Source: Propionibacteriaceae bacterium
Lineage (GTDB): Bacteria > Actinomycetota > Actinomycetes > Propionibacteriales > Propionibacteriaceae
DNA length: 64,000 nt
Assembly: GCA_009782785.1 (NCBI GenBank)
Contig: WRIJ01000009.1
Span: 25,111 to 89,110, forward strand
Reading direction: 5' to 3'
Position 1 is the stretch's first letter. Each line of letters starts with the position of its first letter. Shown here one piece after another: positions 49,651 through 60,400 of the stretch. Under the pieces are notes generated by a model. It saw only the letters and a program-made list of their open reading frames with translations, had not been told where the DNA came from and ran no database searches. The translations under genes were made by a program, and so were the position numbers.

Positions 49651-49710
49651 AGGGTATGTCGCTTCGCTCCGCGGAATGACAGGGTATGTCGCTTCGCTCC
49701 GCGGAATGAC
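49628..49710 (+). repeat. 30-bp tandem repeat, 2.8 copies (GTCGCTTCGCTCCGCGGAATGACAGGGTAT)
   Basis: Perfect abutting copies at 49628, 49658 and 49688 (the last is truncated). They reiterate the arm of copy A6. Confidence 0.9.
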
Positions 49711-49861
49711 CGGTGAGGGGCAGTGCCGCCCACCATGGATGAGTGCGGTATGCGGAATGACTGGGTGGTGACTGCCAGTGCTAACGGGAGCGAGGTTTAA
49801 CGAACGTGGGAGTATGTCATCGTTTAATTGATCGTTGACACGGGGTTATGTCAGCGATTTC

Positions 49862-50302
49862 TTACTGGCAGTTGACAGCATCTTCCAAGCAAGCTGGGAA
49901 TATCGGATTGTTTTGGTCGTACCCGCATTCCGAGTATCCATTCCAATTGAGGCGGTATTTTCCTGCTGCGACTGCTTCTTCAAGACTCCCGACGTGAATT
50001 ACAGAAGAGCCGTTCTTGAAAGCTCCAATGAGGTTAGCGTCGATAAGCTCATCAGCATCCAAGATGCCATTCAGATTATTGTCCTTGTGGGAACACAAGT
50101 GATAAACGGAACCCTTCTCAACCCAATAGACCTCACAATTCTGCGAGAAAGCACAAGCAACCCTCTGCATCTCGGTCATATTCTCGACTGATGTCGGGTT
50201 ACCTGCCGAGCACCCACTGGCAAGCATCATGAGGATTCCTGCAGTCGTTGCTAGGAGTGTACGGGTGACAAGGGATCGGCGTGAAGAAGAGTGATTGTTC
50301 AT
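49862..50302 (-). CDS. Cys-rich lipoprotein, unknown function
   Basis: 146 aa from the ATG at 50302. Lipobox MMLASGCSAG. 7 further Cys residues in the mature part. Confidence 0.6.
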   Translation of the reverse strand: MNNHSSSRRSLVTRTLLATTAGILMMLASGCSAGNPTSVENMTEMQRVACAFSQNCEVYWVEKGSVYHLCSHKDNNLNGILDADELIDANLIGAFKNGSSVIHVGSLEEAVAAGKYRLNWNGYSECGYDQNNPIFPACLEDAVNCQ

Positions 50303-50336
50303 AGGATCTATCGTAGATGTGTTTGTGTTTGTCACT

Positions 50337-51308
50337 CTAATCGCGCCCGAGCTTGGAATCCAAAGCATGGATTTGGGTTTCGAGTTCGCCTAAGCGGATC
50401 TTGAGGCGCATGACCTCTGCGGCGGCAGACGAGTACGCCCCACCTGCACCCAGAGTAAGGACAACCCCTGATCCATGAGACTTCTTTGCTCCAGCTGGAT
50501 CAGTGGTCGCCAACTTTTGCTCGGCATTAGCAAGATCAGTCTTGACTTTGGTGATCTGCTGAGAAAGGCGAGCCCTACGTCCGTACGTACCCTGCTCACC
50601 AGATTCTTTGCGACGACCAGGTTCCTTGCGTGCCCAGGAATAAAACTCTTGGGTAACCTCGCGGAGTTTCTTCGCCAAAGACCCGTTCTTGTCACGACCG
50701 GCGTACCCCGCCTCCTGAAAAGCGATCTGTATCCGGCGTACCTCCTGATGGGCGAGAACCAAGTCAGGTTCACCCACCAAGGCTTTCACCTGGTCAATGA
50801 GCCCAGCTTTTGCCCGTGCAGATTCACGCTGATCGTCTAGAGACTGGGATCGTGCCTCCTTGCGGCGAGCATAGAGCGTGTCCTGTGCTGCCTTGAACCG
50901 ACCCCATAGTTCGCGCTCACCGGGCGCTTGCCCAATCTCTTTCCAGGAGGCCATCAGCGAAGCCATAGTCTCCGTGGCTTGACGGATATCGGAGCGTTTC
51001 GCCAGATCCTCAGCCGTCGCAATGAGAGACTCCTTCGCCCTCTTCGCCTCCCCGGCTTCCGCTTGGCGCAAATCACGCAAGAGCCCCAAGCGAGAATAGA
51101 GCTGATCTTGGGCCTGGTTGAACCGCGCCCACAATGCATTGTCTTCAGACTTAGTCGTACGACCAGCTAACTTCCACTGTTCAAGGAGAGCCTTCATTTC
51201 GCCGGGTGCTGTTTTGGCTGGGGAGATCATGGCCACCAGTTCTGCTTGGGTGATGAGTGCTTCCTTCGTGGCCCTGGTTGCTGCGCGCTGGGACTCTTTA
51301 GCGTCCAT
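50337..51308 (-). CDS. DUF349 domain-containing protein
   Basis: 323 aa from the ATG at 51308, with GGAGGGGAGGAA upstream. Has repeated W(A/G)RF..AQD.LY.R helical modules. Confidence 0.8.
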   Translation of the reverse strand: MDAKESQRAATRATKEALITQAELVAMISPAKTAPGEMKALLEQWKLAGRTTKSEDNALWARFNQAQDQLYSRLGLLRDLRQAEAGEAKRAKESLIATAEDLAKRSDIRQATETMASLMASWKEIGQAPGERELWGRFKAAQDTLYARRKEARSQSLDDQRESARAKAGLIDQVKALVGEPDLVLAHQEVRRIQIAFQEAGYAGRDKNGSLAKKLREVTQEFYSWARKEPGRRKESGEQGTYGRRARLSQQITKVKTDLANAEQKLATTDPAGAKKSHGSGVVLTLGAGGAYSSAAAEVMRLKIRLGELETQIHALDSKLGRD

Positions 51309-51415
51309 GATTCCTCCCCTCCTGGCTGACTGTGCAAGGTAGTTTACCTTCCATTGAAGAAAAACATTGCCCAAAGTCTTGCCAGACCCACCTAGTGTTT
51401 CGGTAAGGTGTCCCT

Positions 51416-52126
51416 GTGGCATCTACATCATTGAGCGTGCATCAGAAGGCATTGCGCTCCACAGTTGCGAAGAAAGTCCTCATGGCCCTCACGGGACTCG
51501 TGTTGATCTTCTTCCTTCTCATGCACATGTTTGGCAATTTGAAAGTTTTCGTCGGCGAGAATTCCTACAACTATTACGCTGGTTGGTTGAAGGAACAAGT
51601 GCTGTACCCCATCCTTCCGCACGGTTTGTTTATCTGGATCTTTCGAGCGTTCCTGTTAACCTGCCTGGTCGTCCATGTCTACTGCATGGCAACCTTGTGG
51701 GCAACAAGTTTGAAAGGTCGAGGACCGAAGTACGTACGGACGAACCGCAAGCAAACCTTGTCGAGTAGGTTCATGAGATGGCTGGGTCTGATCTTGATCA
51801 CTCTCCTCCTCCTTCACCTGCTCATGTTCACTATTGGTGGAATGACTTTTGGTGACTCTTTCGAATTCCAGCCGGACAATCCGTACGCCATGTTTGTCGG
51901 AGCCTTCTCCCACTGGTGGATTGTGGCCATTTATGTGGTCTTTATTGGTGCAGTGTGCATGCACGTACGCCACGGTTTCTATTCTGCTTTCACGACCCTG
52001 GGGATCAACGTTGGTCCGGGTGCTCGTCGTACTTTGAATATCCTTGCCTACACTGTGGCAGGCCTGCTCTTCGTGGGTTTCATCTTGTCCCCCATGGGCG
52101 TACTTCTTGGATTGGTGGTGGCATAA
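51416..52126 (+). CDS. sdhC: Succinate dehydrogenase/fumarate reductase cytochrome b subunit (b558 type)
   Basis: 236-aa ORF with a GTG start and 5 TM helices with conserved His residues. Immediately upstream of sdhA. Confidence 0.85.
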   Translation: MASTSLSVHQKALRSTVAKKVLMALTGLVLIFFLLMHMFGNLKVFVGENSYNYYAGWLKEQVLYPILPHGLFIWIFRAFLLTCLVVHVYCMATLWATSLKGRGPKYVRTNRKQTLSSRFMRWLGLILITLLLLHLLMFTIGGMTFGDSFEFQPDNPYAMFVGAFSHWWIVAIYVVFIGAVCMHVRHGFYSAFTTLGINVGPGARRTLNILAYTVAGLLFVGFILSPMGVLLGLVVA

Positions 52127-52129
52127 ATC

Positions 52130-54139
52130 ATGGCAGCGACAGTTAAATCCTCCGCGAAGGCATTCTTTAGTGTGGGGCAGGATATCCACGATACTAAGGC
52201 TCCCGATGGCCCTATTGAAACGAAATGGTCAACCCGGAAGTTTGAAGCCAAACTCGTCAACCCTGCTAATCGCCGCAAGCTAACCGTCATCATTGTCGGG
52301 ACAGGTCTCGCTGGTGCTTCAGCTGGTGCAACACTCGGTGAAGCTGGTTACAACGTTCACAGTTTCTGTTTCCAAGATAGTCCGCGTCGGGCCCATTCGA
52401 TTGCAGCTCAAGGTGGCATTAATGCGGCCAAGAATTATCGCAACGATAATGACTCGGTTCACCGGTTGTTCTATGACACGGTCAAAGGTGGGGACTATCG
52501 TGCCCGTGAGACAAATGTTCATCGCCTCGCTGAGGTCTCGGCAGGGATCATTGACCAGTGCGTAGCTCAGGGTGTTCCTTTTGCTCGAGAGTACGGCGGT
52601 TTGCTGGATACTCGCTCTTTTGGTGGGGTGCAGGTCCAGCGTACGTTTTATGCTCGTGGACAAACCGGCCAACAGTTGCTCATTGGCGCTTACCAAGCTT
52701 TGCAGCGTCAGGTTGCAGCAGGTACGGTCACCATGCATGCTCGTCACGAGATGCTCGAACTGATTATCCATGATGGGCGGGCTCGTGGGATCGTCACTCG
52801 TGACTTGATCACTGGGGAGATCGAAACCTGGTATGCGGATGCTGTTGTTCTTGCATCGGGTGGCTACGGCAACGTGTTCTTCCTGTCGACGAACGCCATG
52901 GGATCGAATGTGACAGCAAGTTGGAGGGCTCACCGCAAGGGCGCATACTTCGGCAATCCGTGTTACACCCAAATCCATCCAACGTGTATCCCTGTCACTG
53001 GGGAACATCAGTCGAAGCTCACCCTCATGAGTGAGTCTCTGCGCAACGATGGCCGCATCTGGGTGCCGAAGAATCCGGCTGATGCCGAGAAGGATCCGCG
53101 TGCAATCCCCGAAAGCGAACGTGATTATTACCTGGAGAGGATCTATCCCTCTTTTGGCAACCTTGTTCCCAGAGATATTGCTTCCCGTCAAGCGAAATAC
53201 ATGTGTGATGAGGGCCGCGGTGTTGGCCCGGCGATTGCTGAAACCGATCATGCCACAGGTGAGACGGTTTCTCGTCGTCGCGGTGTCTACCTTGATTTCG
53301 CTGATGCTATTGAGCGTTTGGGGAAGAAAGCGATCGCCACCAAGTACGGCAATCTGTTTGATATGTATCGGCAGATTACTGGAGAAAATCCGTACGAAAC
53401 CCCGATGCGCATATATCCAGCTGTTCACTACGTGATGGGTGGGCTCTGGGTTGATTATGATCTGATGAGCTCCATTACCGGGCTTTTCGTCACTGGGGAA
53501 GCTAACTTCTCCGACCATGGGGCGAACAGGTTGGGGGCTTCTGCTCTGATGCAGGGTCTCTCTGACGGCTACTTCGTTCTACCGAATACGATCAATGATT
53601 ATCTTGCTGCTGGTCCTTTCGAAGCTATTGATGACACAACTCCAGCGGTCGCTGAAGCCCTCAATGATGCCCGAGGAAGAATTGCGAAACTCCTCGCGGT
53701 TCAAGGGGAGCGTTCAGTGGATTCTTTCCACCGCGAACTCGGTTCGATCATGTGGGAGTACTGCGGAATGGAACGTACCGAAGCCGGACTCATCACAGCG
53801 ATCGAAAGAATCAAGGCTTTACGTCAAGAATTCTGGTCGAACGTTCGTGTCACTGGTGTAAATGAGGATTTCAATCAAGCACTCGAACGTGCAGGCCGAG
53901 TCGCTGACCTCATCGATCTTGGTGAGCTCATGTGTGTAGATGCCCTTCATCGTCGTGAATCCTGTGGTGGGCACTTTAGGGCTGAATCGCAAACCGATGA
54001 CGGCGAGGCTTTACGCCATGATGATGAATTTGCTTATGTCGCCGCCTGGGAATATGCCGGTGAGGGGCAGGTTCCCGTACTGCATAAAGAGCCTTTGAAG
54101 TACGAGGCGATCGAGTTGAAGCAACGGAGTTACAAGTGA
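52130..54139 (+). CDS. sdhA: Succinate dehydrogenase/fumarate reductase flavoprotein subunit
   Basis: 669-aa ORF with the FAD fold [23 protein letters not shown] (FAD-linking His region) and [10 protein letters not shown]. Confidence 0.96.
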   Translation: MAATVKSSAKAFFSVGQDIHDTKAPDGPIETKWSTRKFEAKLVNPANRRKLTVIIVGTGLAGASAGATLGEAGYNVHSFCFQDSPRRAHSIAAQGGINAAKNYRNDNDSVHRLFYDTVKGGDYRARETNVHRLAEVSAGIIDQCVAQGVPFAREYGGLLDTRSFGGVQVQRTFYARGQTGQQLLIGAYQALQRQVAAGTVTMHARHEMLELIIHDGRARGIVTRDLITGEIETWYADAVVLASGGYGNVFFLSTNAMGSNVTASWRAHRKGAYFGNPCYTQIHPTCIPVTGEHQSKLTLMSESLRNDGRIWVPKNPADAEKDPRAIPESERDYYLERIYPSFGNLVPRDIASRQAKYMCDEGRGVGPAIAETDHATGETVSRRRGVYLDFADAIERLGKKAIATKYGNLFDMYRQITGENPYETPMRIYPAVHYVMGGLWVDYDLMSSITGLFVTGEANFSDHGANRLGASALMQGLSDGYFVLPNTINDYLAAGPFEAIDDTTPAVAEALNDARGRIAKLLAVQGERSVDSFHRELGSIMWEYCGMERTEAGLITAIERIKALRQEFWSNVRVTGVNEDFNQALERAGRVADLIDLGELMCVDALHRRESCGGHFRAESQTDDGEALRHDDEFAYVAAWEYAGEGQVPVLHKEPLKYEAIELKQRSYK

Positions 54140-54903
54140 AAATCACATTGAAAGTGTGGCGCCAAGCCAACAAGAACGCTGCCGGGTCTATGGAGACCTA
54201 CCATCTTGATGGTGTTTCTGAGAACTCATCCTTCCTAGAGATGCTAGACATGCTCAACGAGCAGTTAACAGCCGCGAACAAGGAGCCGGTGGCGTTTGAC
54301 TATGACTGCCGTGAAGGTATTTGCGGTATGTGCGGGATCGTGATCAACGGGTCGGCCCATGGGCGGTACGAATCGGATGTAGCGACCACGACTTGCCAGC
54401 TTCACATGCGCAGTTTCAAAGACGGAGATGTCATTGAGGTGGAGCCATGGCGTACTGGTGCCTTCCCTGTGGTGAAGGACCTCGTGGTTGATCGTTCGGC
54501 TTTTGACCGGATCATCCAAGCTGGGGGATTCGTTTCAGTGAATACTGGTTCGGCCCCTGAAGCGCACGCCACCCCAGCACCCAAACGTCAAGCTGATCGT
54601 GCTTTTGATGTGGCGACCTGTATCGGTTGTGGTGCCTGTGTGGCTGCTTGTCCCAATGGTGCGGGCATGCTGTTCACTTCAGCAAAAATCACTCACCTGG
54701 CGAACCTTCCCCAAGGCCAACCGGAACGCCGTTTGCGAGTGAAAGCTATGATTGCTGCCCATGACGCCAATGGTTTTGGTGGATGCCAGAACGTCGGTGA
54801 GTGCGCTTCAGTGTGCCCGAAGGAGATTCCTCTCGAATCGATTGCCCAGTTGAACCGGGATTTGATTGCATCGATGTTCCGGGGTGACGGCAAGACTTCC
54901 TGA
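54136..54903 (+). CDS. sdhB: Succinate dehydrogenase/fumarate reductase iron-sulfur subunit
   Basis: 255-aa ORF with Cys clusters [22 protein letters not shown] and [12 protein letters not shown]. Confidence 0.95.
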   Translation: MKITLKVWRQANKNAAGSMETYHLDGVSENSSFLEMLDMLNEQLTAANKEPVAFDYDCREGICGMCGIVINGSAHGRYESDVATTTCQLHMRSFKDGDVIEVEPWRTGAFPVVKDLVVDRSAFDRIIQAGGFVSVNTGSAPEAHATPAPKRQADRAFDVATCIGCGACVAACPNGAGMLFTSAKITHLANLPQGQPERRLRVKAMIAAHDANGFGGCQNVGECASVCPKEIPLESIAQLNRDLIASMFRGDGKTS

Positions 54904-55123
54904 AACCAGACTCAGGATGGTGCCGGAGAGGTTCCGCGTTCAAACTTAGCGCCCTTGATGAACGTTTTCTGTCCACACGGAGTTGATGTTCATTCCCAGC
55001 TCTTTTGTCACAGGTGCCCCCACTATGGCAGAATTGTTCATCGCGCTGTGACCCCTGCCACAGGGGGGTAGTCACAGTGCAGATGAGACAACTATCTGGT
55101 GACCTGTGGCACCTGGAGGAAAC

Positions 55124-55474
55124 ATGAACCCACTCATTCAAGAAATCAATGCCGAATCCCTACGCGATGATATCCCCGATTTCCGCCCTGGAGATTCAGT
55201 CAAAGTCCATGTGAAAGTTGTCGAAGGTAACCGCTCCCGTGTCCAGGTGTTTGCTGGTGCAGTGATCGCCAGAACAGGATCAGGAATCCAAGAATCCTTC
55301 ACCGTACGCAAGGTTTCTATGGGTGTCGGTGTGGAACGTACCTTCCCTGTCCATTCACCGATCATCGACAAGATCGAGGTCGAGCGTCGCGGAGATGTCC
55401 GTCGTGCCAAGCTTTATTACCTGCGTGGACTTCGTGGGAAGAAAGCAAAGATCAAAGAGAAGCGCTTCGCCTGA
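55124..55474 (+). CDS. rplS: 50S ribosomal protein L19
   Basis: Begins MNPLIQEI... at 55124, with GGAGGA upstream. Contains [16 protein letters not shown]. Confidence 0.96.
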   Translation: MNPLIQEINAESLRDDIPDFRPGDSVKVHVKVVEGNRSRVQVFAGAVIARTGSGIQESFTVRKVSMGVGVERTFPVHSPIIDKIEVERRGDVRRAKLYYLRGLRGKKAKIKEKRFA

Positions 55475-55566
55475 GACGAGGATTGGTGCGCTGGTTTGAT
55501 GAGAACTATCTCAGAGCAAGTGCGCAATTCTGTTGAGCGTATTCATCTGCCGTGAGGAGGTCTGAG

Positions 55567-56436
55567 ATGGTTGACAAGCAAGTATGGGTCGATAGTGGAT
55601 CTTTAATTGAAACCCTCGAAGACGAAGAGTCGGTAGACGAAGTCGAGGTTCTGGAAAGCCCAACTGACAATCATTCGACCAAGAAGAAACGCCCACTAGC
55701 TGTCAGAGTGCTCCGGGGAGCCGGTGAGATTCTGTTCTATTTTTTGATCGCCATCATCGTCGTGGGCCTTGTTCGCATCTTCCTTCTCCAAAACTTTATC
55801 GTACCCTCAGGCTCCATGGAGGAGACACTCCAAATCGACGACATGATCCTCGCATGGAAACCAGGCCAACCCCATCGTGGGGACATTGTCGTCTTTCGTG
55901 ATGATCTTCAATGGTTGGCCCCCAAGTTCAGAGGTGACCCGCCCGCGGATCCCCTTGAAACATTGAACACCTGGGAGAAGTTTCTCACCAAAGTAAAACT
56001 TCGACCTCCCCCCAATGAGCAGTATCTTGTGAAACGGGTGATTGGCCTTGAAGGTGACACAGTTGAATGCTGTGATCCCCAGGGAAGAATTATGGTCAAT
56101 GAGTATCCTCTTGATGAATCCTACATACTGTACGACAATGCCCAAATGGCTTTGAGACCCTTTAGTGTTGTTGTCCCTGAAGGCCGCATGTTTGTCTTAG
56201 GCGATCATCGTGACAATTCGAAGGATTCCCGAGCGGTGCTGTGCAGTACCAACCTTGACGATCCGTTACCCTATGCGACCCCTGAAGTTGATAGCATCCA
56301 GGGGAGAGTGTTTTTGATTTTGAGACCTTTAGCTCACTTCCGTGCTTTCTCCGCGCAGGAAGCCTTCGGAGAGGTTCCTGAGCCTACGTCAGATCCACCA
56401 ACACTCACAACAGCCCCCTGGGAATGCCCGGAATAA
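55567..56436 (+). CDS. lepB: Signal peptidase I
   Basis: Contains SGSMEETL (catalytic Ser box), VKRVIGLEGD (Lys box) and GDHRDNSKDSR. The ATG at 55567 has AGGAGG upstream. Confidence 0.9.
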   Translation: MVDKQVWVDSGSLIETLEDEESVDEVEVLESPTDNHSTKKKRPLAVRVLRGAGEILFYFLIAIIVVGLVRIFLLQNFIVPSGSMEETLQIDDMILAWKPGQPHRGDIVVFRDDLQWLAPKFRGDPPADPLETLNTWEKFLTKVKLRPPPNEQYLVKRVIGLEGDTVECCDPQGRIMVNEYPLDESYILYDNAQMALRPFSVVVPEGRMFVLGDHRDNSKDSRAVLCSTNLDDPLPYATPEVDSIQGRVFLILRPLAHFRAFSAQEAFGEVPEPTSDPPTLTTAPWECPE

Positions 56437-56440
56437 CCCT

Positions 56441-57052
56441 ATGTACGAAGACATGCTTCTTGCCGCTGGTCTTGGGCCTGTTGCTGGGGTCGATGAGGCA
56501 GGGCGCGGTGCTTGTGCAGGGCCCCTCGTAGCAGCAGCGGTGATACTGTCTGAGGACCCAGCTAAGCAGATCCATGGTCTTGATGATTCAAAAAACCTCA
56601 GCGAAGCACAGCGTTTGGCCCTGTTTCCACTGATCATGGAGAACGCTATCGCGGTGTCTCAGGTCATTGTTGAGGCTCGTGAGTGTGACACCATGGGCAT
56701 CCAGGAGGCAAATATTCATGCACTGCGCCAGGCCGTACTTGAACTTGAAGTGAGTCCAGGTTTCGTCATCACCGATGGGTACTCGGTCAGTGGTTTACCG
56801 ATGCCCAGTGTGGGCATGTGGAAGGGGGACAAGGTATCCCCATGTGTCTCAGCGGCATCCATTATCGCCAAGGTCACTCGCGATCGCATCATGGATGGTC
56901 TCGACTCGATGTATCCGCTGTACTATTTCTCCCAACATAAGGGGTACGCCACCTCCGTACACCAAAAGGTGCTCGATGCCTATGGGCCTTGCCCACAGCA
57001 TCGCCTGAGCTACCGCAACGTCGCACGAACCACTACAGTAGAGGAATCATGA
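56441..57052 (+). CDS. rnhB: Ribonuclease HII
   Basis: Begins MYEDMLLAAGLGPVAGVDEAGRGACAGPLV at 56441. The track ORF starts at 56342 inside lepB. Confidence 0.93.
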   Translation: MYEDMLLAAGLGPVAGVDEAGRGACAGPLVAAAVILSEDPAKQIHGLDDSKNLSEAQRLALFPLIMENAIAVSQVIVEARECDTMGIQEANIHALRQAVLELEVSPGFVITDGYSVSGLPMPSVGMWKGDKVSPCVSAASIIAKVTRDRIMDGLDSMYPLYYFSQHKGYATSVHQKVLDAYGPCPQHRLSYRNVARTTTVEES

Positions 57053-57360
57053 GTGCAGAAGAACTGGAAATCTACGAAGCCGAACTTGAGCTTGCCATCT
57101 ATCGGGAATACAAGGATGTTGTGGGAATCTTCAAGTGGGCGGTGGAGACAGAACGACGTTTCTATCTCTGCAATAAGGTCGATTTGAAAGTACGTACTGA
57201 GGGTGGTGACGTGTACTACGAGGTCTCAATGGAGGATGCGTGGGTGTGGGATATGTACCGCCCAGCGCGTTTCGTGAAGACAGCCAAGGCGCTCACATTC
57301 CGTGATGTTGCTATTGAGGAAATCGCCCACAGCGACCTGCAGGTCCCTGAGCAGGGATAG
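57049..57360 (+). CDS. DUF2469 domain-containing protein
   Basis: 103 aa. Its ATG overlaps the rnhB stop (ATGA). Contains MSAEELEIYEAELELAIYREYKDVV. Conserved rplS-lepB-rnhB-DUF2469 synteny. Confidence 0.85.
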   Translation: MSAEELEIYEAELELAIYREYKDVVGIFKWAVETERRFYLCNKVDLKVRTEGGDVYYEVSMEDAWVWDMYRPARFVKTAKALTFRDVAIEEIAHSDLQVPEQG

Positions 57361-57441
57361 TTTCCTGGTTGGTCAATGGATTCTGCGACTGCGCGCAGAA
57401 TGACGGGGGTGGTGGATCCTGCAGGTCCCTGAGCAGGGATA
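57336..57441 (+). repeat. Perfect 24-bp direct repeat (CCTGCAGGTCCCTGAGCAGGGATA at 57336-57359 and 57418-57441) flanking a solo repeat arm
   Basis: The 58-bp spacer contains GGATTCTGCG-ACTGCG-CGCAGAATGAC followed by GGGGGTGGTGG, which is the family-A arm plus the G-rich motif. Confidence 0.85.
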
Positions 57442-57443
57442 AT

Positions 57444-60400
57444 CTATTCGCTGCGTAGCGCTTCGACTGGATCTTTACGGCTTGCTGCTGAACTGGGAAT
57501 CAACCCAGCGAGGAAGGTCAGCGCCATGGACACCGCAATGAGAATGAGGGCGGCGTTGAGAGGCAACCGAGCGATACGATCCACGTCGGTGAGTTTATAG
57601 ACCAACGGATTGGCAATGATCGTCAAACCTAGGGTGATGAGTACACCCATGAGCCCGGCAACGAAACCAACAATGAGTGTCTCTGCATTGAATACATTAC
57701 CTATGTCGCGTTTGGAGGCACCGAGTGCTCGCAGGATGCCAATCTCTTTACGCCGTTCCAACACGGAGATGTAGGTGATGACCCCGATCATAATAGAGCT
57801 CACCACCAATGAGATAGACACGAAGGCAACAAGCACTGCTGAAATCTTGTCAATGATGTCGGTCACAGAGGTCATGAGAGTCCCGACAATATCGGTGTAC
57901 GTAATGACTTTGTCTTCGTCTTCTTTCTTCATCCGGTCGTTGTAGGAGTCGAGAGAATCCAGGACAGCTTGTTTGGCTGCGAAGTCATTGGGATAAATAT
58001 CGATCGAGTACGGGTCGTCAAGTTCTGCGTACCCCAAAGTCTGAAGATTAGACTCCACACTGTGGCGCTGGCGGTTCATCATGGACATCAGCAGTGAGGT
58101 CAACTGTTCAGGGTCAAGATCAAAGTCGAAAATGTCTGCGAACCTTTGTGGGTCAATATCCATCGCCGACGACAGTTGGCTGGTGAGTTGGCTCATGGAT
58201 GCTTGCATAGCGATCGACAATTGGCTCTGGAGATTGCCCATCATGGAAGTGAGCATGGTTTGCATGGTGGTCTGCATGTATCCAGCAAGGGCTTGGGAAG
58301 CTTGAGCTTCGAGTGTGTCGGTGTTGATGGTGTTCATCAGCCGCCCCATGAATACTGCCTGGTTCTGGGGTTGGTTGAACCATTCTGCAAAGGAGCCGCC
58401 AATATCGCCGGGAAGATTAGGCATAGTGGTGGGGAATTCGCTCGGCATTGAGGTCGGTAACCCCGTGGGCAGCGAACTGGGTAGCGCTGTGGGCCCCGTG
58501 GTGGGCAGTGCAGTGGGCAGCATAGTGGGGGCACTCGTCGGATCACCAGTGGGATCCCCAGTAGACCCAGGATCACTAGGTTCGCTGGAGGTTTGAGCAG
58601 ATGGCTCAACCGATTGCTGCGGCAAGGCTGAGGGGGAAGGTTGGGTGGGAGTCGTAGGGTCGCTTTGGGGGGCAGGAGGAATCACTGGCAGGGTGGCGGA
58701 ACCCATGGTGTCTCGCAGATAGTCAGAAAGGGTTTGGGTGAGTAAATCTGTGAGTGCTTCATCAGAGACTTCGATGCTCATTCCTGAGAGCATGGCAGTT
58801 AAGTCAGGGGGTGGAACCTGCGGCATAGACCCACTCATACTCGACAGATCCATTGACCCTAGTGAGGGCCCTGAAGGCATCGACAACCCAGAGAAGTCGA
58901 CATTGAACATTGAACCGAAAGCATCCGCGTCGATATTGAGCAGCGAAGAGAAATCAAAGTCGCCCATCCCAGGGTTCTCTGCTTCCTCCTCAAAGGTTAT
59001 TCCAGAAAAAACATTCAGCTCCGGGTTAGCCAACTGGGCGCGTACGATATCGGAATCAGCGGCTTGGTCAATGAGGTGGTAGACCATGCTCATGGGGTAG
59101 TACAGTCCCGGCCGGAGCATCACATTCGTGGAGTCTTCCGCAGAGGTCACCACACCCACAACCCTCAGTGTTGTTCCAGAAGAAACCACATACCTCATCC
59201 AGGTCTCGTCATTGCTACGATCAGTCCAGAGCTTGTATTTCGCGTCGTACTCGTAAAACCTGGCCGCATTGACAAGCTTGAAGGTCACCGACATCACATC
59301 GTCATAGGACAATCTCACCCTATTATCTGGAGTGTGAATAGGTTTATTCTCACTCATGTCCTGGATCATCTGGTCCAGCTCTGCAGGATCACGTAGACCC
59401 ATGGTGTAGAGGGCCATATCCGAAATGCCCCCAGAGCCAGTCACGACGAGAACGAGCTCATCAGGGCCTTGAGGCCAACGGCCAGCCAGGACGTCGTACT
59501 GGTCGGATATCAATGACATGTCATCGGGTAGTGAATTGAACACATTGGTCGTCATGCCCATATTCATCAGTGCTGAGGATGAATCACCACCAAAACCTAG
59601 GGAGGTAAACATCTTGTTCGGGTTGACCTGGCGTACTTCGTTGGTGGTGTCGGTAGAAAAAATCTGCGGGGTGACGTTGTAGTTGTATTGAATTGACCGT
59701 ACGTGGTCACTGATCCCAGATTCGGGAGAATCGAGATAGGTTTTCAAAGACTTTAAATCATTGGAGGCGACCTCTGAGAGCATGCGGGTGATCATGGCAA
59801 CCTCATGGAGGTCCGAATCTCCAGTGTCGTGAATAGAGTCGTGGATGTCCTGACCTGCCATGATCATACTTGTCATGTCGATGCCTTGGGTCTGGATTTG
59901 TAGAGGATAAAGCGAGAGAGTGTTTTCCTCCACCCCACGAATATAGGCATTAACCCCGTTAGCCAAGGCGAGGATCGTGGCAATGCCAACAATGCCAATG
60001 GATCCAGCGAAACTGGTCATGAGGGTGCGACCCTTTTTCGTCATGAGGTTTCTGAAACTCAAGGAAATAGCGGTCAGGAAGCTCATGGAGGTGCGGCGAG
60101 CTTTCTTCGCATGGCGGACGTTGCTGTGTGGATGGTACGGGTCGGTGTCATCAACGACTTTTCCATCGCGCAGAGAAATAGTTCGAGTGGCGTACTCTTC
60201 AGCTAGTTCCGGGTTATGGGTGACCATGATCACCAAGCGCTGTTGAGCAATATCCTCAAGCAGGTTCATCACATGAACGCCAGTTTTGGAGTCGAGAGCA
60301 CCCGTGGGCTCATCAGCGAGAAGGATTTCAGGGTCGTTGATCAAGGCGCGGGCGATAGCCACGCGTTGCATCTGACCACCAGAGAGCTGATTGGGGCGTT

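Noticed and set aside
49628-49710. Possible CRISPR array
   Set aside because: The 30-bp units abut directly with no spacers. There are only about 3 copies and no cas genes, and the unit is part of the family-A arm.
52319-53518. 399-aa ORF on the minus strand
   Set aside because: It is entirely antisense to the strongly recognisable sdhA gene. It has no motifs, and long antisense ORFs are common in GC-biased coding DNA.
58330-58700. Nucleotide-level repetitiveness (GTGGGCAG-type units), considered as a separate repeat element or gene boundary
   Set aside because: It is in-frame within the large ABC fusion ORF and encodes a Pro/Thr/Leu-rich linker. This is low-complexity coding sequence, not an element.
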